From: Solirubrobacterales bacterium
GTDB lineage: Bacteria; Actinomycetota; Thermoleophilia; Solirubrobacterales; JBBDJG01
NCBI GenBank assembly: GCA_038330145.1
Contig: JBBQNR010000005.1
Coordinates: forward strand, 1,430-65,429
DNA length: 64,000 nt
Direction: 5' to 3'
The first letter of the stretch is position 1. Each line of letters starts with the position of its first letter. A program made the position numbers and the translations under genes. The notes under the pieces are model-generated. The model did no database searches and was not told the origin of the DNA. It saw only the letters and a program-made list of their open reading frames with translations. Of this stretch, positions 1 through 9,000 are shown piece after piece.

Positions 1-1954
1 GGGCCTCGTAAAGCTGTGCGAAGAGGCCGCCGCGCGCCACCAGCTCTTCGTGCGTGCCCTGCTCGACCAGCTCACCGTGGTTGATGACCAGGATGCGGTC
101 GGCGTCGTGAATCGTCGACAGCCGGTGAGCGATCATGAAGGAGGTGCGGCCGACCATCAGCTCGTCGAGCGCGTCCAGGATCACGTTCTCGGTCTTGGAG
201 TCGATCGACGACGTGGGCTCGTCGAGGATCAGGATCGGGGCGTCCTTGACGAACGCGCGCGCCACGCAGAGGCGCTGGCGTTCTCCGCCCGAGAGCTGCA
301 TGCCGCCCTCGCCGAGCGAGGTCTGGTAGCCGTCGGGCATAGCCATTATGAAGTCGTGAGCGTTGGCCTTCTCGCAGGCGGAGACGATCTCGTCCATGGT
401 CGCGTCGAGCCGGCCGTAACGGATGTTCTCGGCGATCGTGCCGGAGAACAACATCGGCTGCTGAAGCACGAGGCCGACGTTGTCGCGCAGCGACTTGAGG
501 CTGATGTTCTTGACATCGACGCCGTCGAGCATGATGCGCCCTTCCTTGGGCTCGTAGAAGCGCACCAGCAGGTTCACGAGCGTGGTCTTGCCGGCCCCCG
601 TTGGGCCCACGACCGCGACTCGTTCACCGGCATGGATGTCGAACGTGATGTTCTTGAGCGTGTCGACCCTGTTGTGGTAGGCGAAGCTGACGTCTTGGAG
701 CGTGAGCCTGCCCTCGGCGCGGCCGATGTCGATCGCGTCGGGTGAGTCCTGCACCTCCGGCGCGTCGTCGAGCAGCGCGATGGCGGCGTTGACGAACACG
801 AACTGCTGGTGCAGGTGCCCGATCTGCGTGCCGATCATCTCGAGCGGCTGGTACACCGCCGCGATGTAGGAGATCAACACGATCAGCTCTCCAAGCGTGA
901 TGTCGCCGCGCAGCACGTGCCAGGCTCCGAAGCCGAGCACGAGGGCGGTGCCGGCCGCGGTGGCGGCGGCGACGCCGAGGGCGAACAGCGTCTGGCGCAC
1001 GGTCAGCTTCACGCGCGCGTCGACGGCAGTCTGGGCCTGGTCGCGGAAGCGCCGGTGCTCGTACTTCTCGCGGCCGAAGGAGACGATCACGCGCAGCATC
1101 TGCATCGCCTCGAAGACGATCGAGAGCGACCGCCACTCGAGGCCCATGACCTGCCGGATGCGCGGCACGATGCGGGTGCCGTAGAGGCCGCTGGCGTAAT
1201 AGATCAGGGGCACCGCGATCAGCGCGACCAGCGTCACCTGCCAGTCGATCAGGAGCGCGATTGTCAGCATCCCGAGCAAGGTCAGGAGGTTCTGCGCCAT
1301 CGGCGGGAAGGCCATGACCAACCCTCCGACAGCGCTGGCCTGGAGGTTGATGATGCTCATCAGTTGCCCCGTGAAGCGCTCGTCGTGGAAGCTCAGCGAC
1401 AGCTTCTGCACGTGCTGGAACAGCTCGCTGCGAAGGTCCAGCACCATGTTCTGCTCCAGCTTGGCGCTGACGTACGACTCGATCACCTGAACGCCGTTGC
1501 CGATGATCGTGATCAGGAAGCCGGCGAGCACGACGAAGATGAGCAGCGTATACGGGCTGGGGTGGTCGCCGAAGATGTGCGTCAGGCCCAACCCGGGCGG
1601 TTGGTTCTTGGCGGCGAGGACGCTGTCGATGATGATCGCCAGCGGCCACGGCTCGGCCAGCGCCACCACGGACCCGAGAACCGTGAGGATGAAGACGACG
1701 ACGTAGAGCTTCCGGTACGGCTTCAGGTAGCGCATGACACGCGGCAGCGAGGCCCAGCCGGCCCATGCGCCCTTGGTTCGCCAGGTGCGCCAGCTGCGCC
1801 TGTCGACGTTGAGGTTGGCCGGGGCGGCCTCGGCGGCGTCGACCTCGGCGTCCGCCCTGCGCTTCGGGGCGTTCTCGGGGTTGTACCCGCCGTAGGGGTC
1901 TATCGAGCTACCCCCGCTGTAGGGGTCCGGGGATGAGAAGTTGTCGTCAGTCAT
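1..1954 (-). CDS. ABC exporter, fused permease + ATP-binding protein (MsbA/type-1 exporter-like); C-terminal end runs off the window
   Basis: This is my own reverse-strand translation; the ORF is open at position 1, so it is absent from the ORF track. ATG at 1954, then a hydrophobic TM region. Walker A 'GPTGAGKTT', signature 'LSGGERQR', Walker B 'ILILDEPT', H-loop 'IAHRL'. The start overlaps the stop of the upstream GT gene by 8 nt (ATGACTGA). Confidence 0.9.
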   Translation of the reverse strand, partial: MTDDNFSSPDPYSGGSSIDPYGGYNPENAPKRRADAEVDAAEAAPANLNVDRRSWRTWRTKGAWAGWASLPRVMRYLKPYRKLYVVVFILTVLGSVVALAEPWPLAIIIDSVLAAKNQPPGLGLTHIFGDHPSPYTLLIFVVLAGFLITIIGNGVQVIESYVSAKLEQNMVLDLRSELFQHVQKLSLSFHDERFTGQLMSIINLQASAVGGLVMAFPPMAQNLLTLLGMLTIALLIDWQVTLVALIAVPLIYYASGLYGTRIVPRIRQVMGLEWRSLSIVFEAMQMLRVIVSFGREKYEHRRFRDQAQTAVDARVKLTVRQTLFALGVAAATAAGTALVLGFGAWHVLRGDITLGELIVLISYIAAVYQPLEMIGTQIGHLHQQFVFVNAAIALLDDAPEVQDSPDAIDIGRAEGRLTLQDVSFAYHNRVDTLKNITFDIHAGERVAVVGPTGAGKTTLVNLLVRFYEPKEGRIMLDGVDVKNISLKSLRDNVGLVLQQPMLFSGTIAENIRYGRLDATMDEIVSACEKANAHDFIMAMPDGYQTSLGEGGMQLSGGERQRLCVARAFVKDAPILILDEPTSSIDSKTENVILDALDELMVGRTSFMIAHRLSTIHDADRILVINHGELVEQGTHEELVARGGLFAQLYEA

Positions 1955-4628
1955 GCTTGGAGGAGAAAGGGATCACCTGCGGCGCCGAGGGCAGGTCACC
2001 GAGCGGGGCTGAGGGCGCAGGCTCGTGCGCTTTGCCGTTCTCGCTCTGGTGTCCGGCCGTTGCCGGCACGCCGGCCAAGGTCGGCGTCGTGTGCAGGGGT
2101 CCCTTCGGCGCTACTCGTACCTCGATGTCGCTGTCTTCGGACTTGCCGTCGAGCACGCGTGCGAGCACGCCTGTCGCCGTCGCGCAGTCCCGCACCGCCG
2201 AAACGGTGACCAAGACTGCGATCAGTCCAAGTATGACGGAGGCGATCCAGGCCTCTGCCAGTGCCGCCGAAGCGGACAACGCTGCGAACGAGACAATGAG
2301 CGCCAGCCCGATGCGGGAGTATCTCGGCCAGGTGCGAAGACGGACGAACTGCCGTCCCGAACCGTGTTCCTCCACGGCCATCCGCATGCGTGCTACTCCC
2401 AATATTCCGCCGCGGACCTGTAGGTCCCAGCGGTCGTAATCGCTTCCGTGGAGCACGGTGCAGCTCTCCTCGCGCAAATTCAGGTCGATGGCGCTGAGCC
2501 GCTCGTCGGCGGACTGCCAATGCTCGCTCCAGATGCTCTTGGTGCGGGGGACCGGCAGGGCCGGGGAACCCGCACGCCGACGCCAGGGTGCCAGCCCGTA
2601 ACGCAGACGTCCGCTCAGCCGCGAGAGCGGCTGAAGTATGTGCAGCAGCGCGGTTAGGCCGCGCATGCGCATTCGCTCGATCCGCGAGCGGGGCGCGTAT
2701 GGAAATGAAGCTCGGGCTGCTCCCAGCGCGGATTCGACGACGACGGCCCCGGTGGCGATCACGAGCAGCGGCACCGCCAGCAGAAGCGGCGTCCAGAGCG
2801 CACCGAGCGCGGACAGCACGGCCAGCGCGGCCAGCATCAGGTACCACTCCGGCACAACCGGCAGGCTTGCGAGCGCGCTCGGCGAGCGGGTGTACACCGA
2901 CTGGAAGAGGCCGCTGCCCCAGCGGCCGTAGTAGATCTTCCAGCGACGCATGAAAAGCTCCCTGGCGCCCCCGTTGCCGTAGACGCGGCCGCTCCAGGCG
3001 AGATGGCCCATGCGGTTGTAGCGCTCGGGCCACTTGCGCTCGAGCAGAGCCTCTGCCTTGCCGTACTCGTACTGCTGCTTGAGGTATCCGCGCACGCTGT
3101 TGCGCCGGTCATGCCAGACGACCGACCCGGCGCTGAACCCGACCGTCCAGCCCTGATCCTGGAGTCGCCAGCAGATGTCGACGTCGTCGCCGGCGATCCT
3201 GAACTGGGGATCGAAGCCCTCTATCGCCTCCAGGCTGGCCTTGCGAAAGGCCATGTTGCAGCCGGGGATGTGCTCGGCCTCGCGATCGGAAACCAGCACG
3301 TGGGTCGGTCCGCCGGGCGCGTTCGCCACACACTCGGCCACGCGGCCCTGACTGGCGGGCGGGATGTTGGGCCCGCCGACGCCGACGTGCGAGGTCCTGA
3401 GGAAGGTGACCGCCAGGTGGGAGAGCCAGTGGGGGTCGGGATGCGCATCCGCGTCGATGTAGGCGACGATCTCGCCGGTGGCCGCCGCCAGGCCGGAGTT
3501 GCGGGCGCAGGCCAGGCCGCGGTTCTCGGTGCTGATCAGCCGGAAGTCGTACCCGCGCACGATGTCGTCGGTCGAGTCGGTCGAGCCGTCGTTGACGACG
3601 ATCACCTCGTAATCCGGATAGTGCAGTCGCTCGAGCCCGTCGAGGCAGGTGGGCAGCGTTCTCTCGCTGTTGTACGCGCATACGACAACCGACACGCGCG
3701 GCCAGGAGACGATGTCGGGGAACGGAAGCTCCGAGAACGCCTGCTCCACCGCCGCCAGCGCCGGCTTTGGCTCGCGCGACCGGTCGACGAGGCCGAAGTC
3801 CCAGTCCTCGATCTCGCTACCGCCACGGTGCCACTCGTCGGTCCAGGAGAACACGCAGACCCCGGCACAACCGGCGGCAAAGGCGCTTCGCACCTGCCAG
3901 TCGAGCGCCCGGGCCTGAGCCTCGGTCGAATGGCTGCGGCTGTCGAGCCCAGTCTCGGTGACGATCAGCGGGCGGTCGCCGGCGATGTTCTGGAGGCGAT
4001 CGACGTAGGCCTCGAAGCTGGGCCCCGACTCGAGGAAGACGTTGAAGCAGAGCAGGTCGACGAACGGAAGCTGGAGGTACTCGGTGCTGGGGAAGTTGAC
4101 GTAGGTGACGAGCGCGCCCGGGTCCTCGTCCTTGGCCGCCCGGTAGAGACGGTGCAGAAAGCGCTCGATGCGGTGACGCCCGTGCCAGCGAACGATCGAG
4201 GACGGAATCTCGTTGCCGATCGCGTAACAGAGCACGGCGGGGTGGCCGGCACAGCTGCGCACGCATTCTCGGACCCGTTGCTCGATCGAGCGCTTGCGGT
4301 GGCGGTCGTCGAGGAAGGTGACGTGCTCCTCCCAGGGCAGCCCGACCATCACGTGCAGGCCCGTCTCGGCGGCCAGGTCGAGAAGCCAGCGCGGTGGAAC
4401 GGTGTAGGTGCGCACGGTGTTGACCCCGCTGGCCGCCATGCTCTCGAAGTCACGCCTGACGGACTGCGGCTCCGGGAAGCCGCCGGAGCTGCCGTCGGGG
4501 TCCCCGAACGTCCCGTAGGTGACGCCCTTTACGTAGAGCTTCTCGTCACCGAGAAAGAGTGACTTTCCCCGCGCAATTGGCCTGTCGGCAACAGCGGGGA
4601 CGTATCTTTCCCTGCTCGTGCGGCTCAC
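1947..4628 (-). CDS. Three-part fusion: clan GH-A-like TIM-barrel hydrolase domain + family-2 glycosyltransferase + C-terminal multi-helix membrane region (polysaccharide synthase-like)
   Basis: ORF track, 893 aa. The N-terminal part has 'AIGNEIP' and 'IVTETG' (the acid/base and nucleophile Glu pattern of clan GH-A). The middle part 'VSVVVCAYNSE..VVNDGSTDST..AYIDADAHP' is classic GT2 with DxD. The C-terminal part has hydrophobic stretches ('WYLMLAALAVLSALGALWTPLLLAVPLLVIATGAVVV', 'IGLALIVSFAALSASAAL', 'ASVILGLIAVLVTV'). Confidence 0.85.
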   Translation of the reverse strand: MSRTSRERYVPAVADRPIARGKSLFLGDEKLYVKGVTYGTFGDPDGSSGGFPEPQSVRRDFESMAASGVNTVRTYTVPPRWLLDLAAETGLHVMVGLPWEEHVTFLDDRHRKRSIEQRVRECVRSCAGHPAVLCYAIGNEIPSSIVRWHGRHRIERFLHRLYRAAKDEDPGALVTYVNFPSTEYLQLPFVDLLCFNVFLESGPSFEAYVDRLQNIAGDRPLIVTETGLDSRSHSTEAQARALDWQVRSAFAAGCAGVCVFSWTDEWHRGGSEIEDWDFGLVDRSREPKPALAAVEQAFSELPFPDIVSWPRVSVVVCAYNSERTLPTCLDGLERLHYPDYEVIVVNDGSTDSTDDIVRGYDFRLISTENRGLACARNSGLAAATGEIVAYIDADAHPDPHWLSHLAVTFLRTSHVGVGGPNIPPASQGRVAECVANAPGGPTHVLVSDREAEHIPGCNMAFRKASLEAIEGFDPQFRIAGDDVDICWRLQDQGWTVGFSAGSVVWHDRRNSVRGYLKQQYEYGKAEALLERKWPERYNRMGHLAWSGRVYGNGGARELFMRRWKIYYGRWGSGLFQSVYTRSPSALASLPVVPEWYLMLAALAVLSALGALWTPLLLAVPLLVIATGAVVVESALGAARASFPYAPRSRIERMRMRGLTALLHILQPLSRLSGRLRYGLAPWRRRAGSPALPVPRTKSIWSEHWQSADERLSAIDLNLREESCTVLHGSDYDRWDLQVRGGILGVARMRMAVEEHGSGRQFVRLRTWPRYSRIGLALIVSFAALSASAALAEAWIASVILGLIAVLVTVSAVRDCATATGVLARVLDGKSEDSDIEVRVAPKGPLHTTPTLAGVPATAGHQSENGKAHEPAPSAPLGDLPSAPQVIPFSSKHD

Positions 4629-4965
4629 CTAGACTCGATGCCTTTCGAGTATTTCCCGTTTTAGAGGTCGAAGAGAACTCTCCGTGCCTCCCGCCTCCCC
4701 TCCCTCCTGAGCTCAAGTCCGCGGGCTCGAAAGGGGCTCCTAGGGTAGCAATTTAGACCTTCCCCAAGCAAGGCTAAATGCGCTTCCGCCTCAGCCCATT
4801 TTCAGGCTGTCCCATGGCTCTCTATCGGCATTCGAGCGCCCCCTCTGAGCGAACTCGGCCGCCGCCGGTCGACGTCGAAGATAATCACCTCGATGCTCGA
4901 TGACGCCCACAGAAGGCGGTTGGATCAGCTCAGGGACAGGGCGGGGCCGTAAAGGGGCTGTGAAG

Positions 4966-5964
4966 ATGGCTCCAAAGACGGTCCTTTTCTTCCGCAGCTT
5001 CAAGGGAACCACGGGTGGGGATCTGAAGGTCTGGCACTACTTCAACCACGTGCTTGCCTCAGCCGGCCATCGCCCGCTGATCCGCTTCTCCGAGGACTCG
5101 GTCTGGGACGAAAGCAACCCCTGGCGCGGCCTCGAGGACCACATCGTGAGCCCGGAAGAGGACCTCGCGCAGGTGGAGCCCGACGTCCTTTTCCTCTCGG
5201 GCATCGACTGGCTGAACCTGAGCCCCGAGCGCAGGAAGCGCTCGCCGGTGCCGATCTTCAACCTGATCCAGGGCCTGCGCGCCCACACGGTGCCGACTGC
5301 CGCCGGCTACGAGTTCGTCTCCGAGCGAGCGATCCGGATTTCGGTCGGCGCGGAGCTGACCGAGGCGCTGGAGGCCGACGGGCGTGTGAACGGGCCGCTG
5401 GTCACGATTCCCAACGCGATCGACTTCGACGAGGTTGCGGGCGCCGCGCGGCACGCCGAGCGCGACACCGACCTGCTGATCGTGGCTACCAAGACCAGGC
5501 CGTATCCGTTTGTGCCCGGAGTGCTCGACTGGCCGCCCGAGCTGGGGCGGCGCCTGCTGCCGCGGCTCGAGCGCCCCGGCCGCCGCATCCACGTCATCGA
5601 CCGGCAGCTGCCCCGTCCCGAGTACCTGGATTGGATGAGCCGCTCGAAGGCGACCCTGTTCCTGCTCTATCGCGTTGAGGCCTGCCCGCTCTCCCCGCTG
5701 GAAGGGATGGCGCTGGGGACCGTCGTTGTCAGCCCCGACTGCGTCGGCAACCGCAGCTTCTGCCTGCCCGGCGTCAACAGCTTCCGGCCCCCATACGAGG
5801 ACGATCCGATCGTGGAGTCGGTCGAGCAGGCCCTGCGTGACTACGACTCGCTGGGGGGAATGCGGGAGCAGGGCCTTCGCACGGCGCGCGAGCGCGACCT
5901 GCCGGGCGAGCGGAGAGCGTTCCTGGAGCTGCTCGACAGAGCGGAAGAGCTGTGGCGACCCTAG
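4966..5964 (+). CDS. Glycosyltransferase, GT-B fold (family 1/4-like)
   Basis: ORF 4900..5964. I prefer the in-frame ATG at 4966 ('MAPKTVLFF'), which has AAAGGGG upstream. The C-terminal 'EACPLSPLEGMALGTVVVSPDCVGNRSF' resembles the GT1/GT4 E-x7-E / nucleotide-sugar binding region. Divergent from the GT2 fusion across a lower-GC gap of about 330 bp. Confidence 0.65.
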   Translation: MAPKTVLFFRSFKGTTGGDLKVWHYFNHVLASAGHRPLIRFSEDSVWDESNPWRGLEDHIVSPEEDLAQVEPDVLFLSGIDWLNLSPERRKRSPVPIFNLIQGLRAHTVPTAAGYEFVSERAIRISVGAELTEALEADGRVNGPLVTIPNAIDFDEVAGAARHAERDTDLLIVATKTRPYPFVPGVLDWPPELGRRLLPRLERPGRRIHVIDRQLPRPEYLDWMSRSKATLFLLYRVEACPLSPLEGMALGTVVVSPDCVGNRSFCLPGVNSFRPPYEDDPIVESVEQALRDYDSLGGMREQGLRTARERDLPGERRAFLELLDRAEELWRP

Positions 5965-6026
5965 CCTGGCAGCCTAGATCGGCCGACCCGCGGCCCCGGC
6001 CGGTGGGCGGGGTCCGAGCGTGGGTC

Positions 6027-9000
6027 TTACGGCGCGAAGACGCCCTGGCGCAGGAAGACGCTCTCGTCGCCGGAGCCGCAGGTCGGCGGGCAGCCCAGCC
6101 CGAGCGGATCCGGAGACGGCGCCACGCTGCCGTCCGGGCCCGCGTCCTCCAGCGTCAGCGAGAACGTCGAGATGATCGTGCGATCGCCCTCGCGGGCAAA
6201 GCCCGGGACGAGCGTGTCGCTGGTCGTGCTGACGCTGCACGTCGATCCGATCGCCGGATCCGGCGTCGCCATGCAGGTGATCGGAACCGACAGCTCGCCG
6301 TCCTTGACGGTCGCCGGGTCGCTGGCCGTGGGGCCATTGGCGAAGTCCGTCATGCGGATGCCGGTCGTGAGCACCACCTGGCCGGTGTAGTCGGACCCGT
6401 CGCTGCGCTTGCGGACGTCGCTCGCGGCGGCCGAGATCCTGAGGTCGGCCTCGTCGCCGAGCGTCGAGGGGTTGCCTGGCAGCACGTCGAGCCGGGCCGA
6501 TCCATGGCCCCTGCCGACCTTGTCCATGGTCAGCTGGGAGGACGCGAGCGAGGGCGAGCTGCACGACGTCTCGTTGAGCGGGGTCACGTGTTGGGAGTTC
6601 GGGCTCGTGCACTTCTGGAACTCAGGCACCAGCGGAACGCTCAGCGGTGAAGCTCCACCGGGACGCGGGTAGGGCACGGCCGCGCTCTGGAGGTGTCCCC
6701 AGTTGCCGTTGTCGTCCTTGTAGAGGACCGCGAAGTAGGTGCTCTGGGCGTTCAGGTTCGTGACCAGCTTGGCCTGCCGCTGACCGGGGCCCACCGTCGG
6801 GTCGAAGTCGCCCACCACGGTGCCGTCCGTCGGGTGGCGGATCGGCGAGGTCGACTCGATGATGCGGTACTTGGTCGGCTGACCGCAGAGCCAGTCGTCG
6901 CCGGGGCTGACCCAGCTCACCACCGCGGTGTTGGATCCCTGGACGATGCGCATTGCCTCGGGCGTGCCGGGCGGGCGGCTGTCCGTTCCGTAGGCGCCCG
7001 TGTTCCACTCGTCGTGACGTGACGTCCACCACTCGTCGTTGGTGCCGCAGGCGTTCTGGTCGGTGCGCCAGCTGAAGGCGTTGCCCTCGCGCGTGGTCAC
7101 CGTGACGTCGAGCTTGCCGTCGCCGTCGGTGTCGCCGGTCGCCGGCGTCGAGAAGAGCCAGCCACCGGTGAACTTGGGCCAGCCGGTGCCCTCGACTCCG
7201 GCGACGTTGATGTTGCGCAGGTAGTAGAGGCCGGTGCCGACCAGGATCTCGTTGCCGGGCGCGTCGGAGACGTCGGCCACCGATGGGCTCGACAGCAGCT
7301 GGAAGTCCTCCACCGCCTGCGGGAAGGTCGGCAGCGAGGCGCCGGTCTGGGCGTTCCAGGCCTGGACGACGTGGTTGTAGGGCAGGTTCTGGCCCACACC
7401 GACGCCGATGTTCACGAGCTGGTTCAGGGTCACGCCGCCCTTGATCACCTCAGGGCCGGGCTGGCCGTCGATGTTGGCGGCGATCGGGTTCTCGAACAGG
7501 TTCAGCACCTTCGACTTGTCGACGTGCTCGCCGCCGGAGGGCGAGGCGTCGTAGGTCGCCGCATTGGTGGCGTTGCCGTTGGTCGCCGTGACGTCGCCGG
7601 TGGCGAGGTTGCCGATCACCTCCAGCTGCGGGTCGCCGTCCACGTTCGCGAGCACGTGATCCACTCCCGGGCCGACGAACGGGAGCGCGTCGGGCACGAC
7701 GCCGTTCGGCTTCGTCGGCCAGCCGGGCAGCACGTTCGCGCCCGCGTCCAGGGCGTAGACGCGGCCGCTGCCGCCGAGCACGTTCGCCAGCACGTTGGTG
7801 AGGATGTTCGAGAACAGGCCTCCGGACGCCGGAGGGGTGGACGGGGCGGTCGGGTTGGCGTCGAACTCCTGGGTAGGCGAGACGATCTCGGGCCTGCCGT
7901 CGCCCGTGATGTCGCCGAGCGCCGGTGTCGTGATGATCTCGGCGCCCGGGATCGACGGGTCCCTCAGCTTCTTGGGGTAGCCGGCAAGGGCGTTGCCGTC
8001 GCCGTCCCAGGCGTAGAGGTGCGCGTCGAGCGCGGCGGCCAGGATGTCCAGCTTTCCGTCGTTGTTCAGGTCGCCCAGCACCGGCGAGGCGGTGAAGCCG
8101 CGCTTGATGTGGTTGTTGCGAGTGCGGTCCTGTGGCAGTGACAGCGCCGGGTCGATCCGCACCGGGAAGCCGGGAACCTCGCTGCCGTCTGTGTTCCACG
8201 CGTAGACGTGCTCGCCGGCCGTGTCGACAATCTCCGGCTCCAGGTCTCCGTCGATGTCGCCGATCGCCGGTGTGCGCAGCACCTCGCGCGGCGGGCTGAC
8301 GGCGTTCAGCGCCGGCACGCCGTTGTGCACGTTCGCGTACAGCCGGGTGCTCACGGGCTGGCCACCGTTGAAGCTCGCGAGCGGCGATCCATCGGCGTTG
8401 AGCACGTGCAGCTCGCCGCTCGAGTCGGCAAGCACCGTGTCGAGGCGGTTGTCGCCGTTGACGTCGAACAGCCGTTGCGAGGCCTCGCCTCCCGAGCCGA
8501 TGTCCTTCTTGTAGGTCTCCGTCGCGTCGCGGTATGCGAACAGCATCTTGCGATCCTCGGCGCGGTTGCCCTGCGCGTCGGTGATCACGATGCGGACGGT
8601 GAACGCGGGCTCGTTGGGGTCCTTGTCGCCGGGGCCCTTGCTGGGGGCCGTCGGGTCGACGGTCGCGCCGCCGCCCGGGCGCGCGTCGAGCGCGTTGCGG
8701 ACCTCGACCAGGTCGATCGTCCCCAGCGTGCCGTCGATCGGCGCGGTGTCGAAGCTGTCGGTGACGTCCTGGAAATCCGCCTCGGCGGGCTCGATGCCCG
8801 GCGCCCACTGGAGCTTCCACTGGTAGCTGGGAGTGCGAGCCGAGACACGGCCCTTGATATCGACCGTGCTCTGGTGGTTGACGTTGTAGGGCGAGAACCA
8901 CTCCGGTGAGGTGACAAGCGCCTGCGGCGGGACCTTGGTCTGGTCGATCCGCTCCAGTGCCAGACCGAGGTCCGGCAGGCCGTAGCCGAAGTGCTGGTCC

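Noticed and set aside
3003-4562. Many very long ORFs lie antisense to the genes I called. Examples: 3003..4562 (+, 519 aa), 15309..17114 (-, 601 aa), 21689..23458 (+, 589 aa), 24026..25741 (+, 571 aa), 25738..27588 (+, 616 aa), 39689..41344 (+, 551 aa), 44497..46752 (-, 751 aa), 47449..48771 (-, 440 aa), 61222..62613 (-, 463 aa).
   Set aside because: Each lies opposite a gene with unmistakable conserved motifs (GT2, GGDEF/HD-GYP, purH, purF, purL, dnaK, ino1, PHP, lpdA). Their translations are Arg/Ala/Gly/His/Asp-rich low-complexity strings typical of shadow ORFs in ~70% GC DNA. No independent evidence supports overlapping genes.
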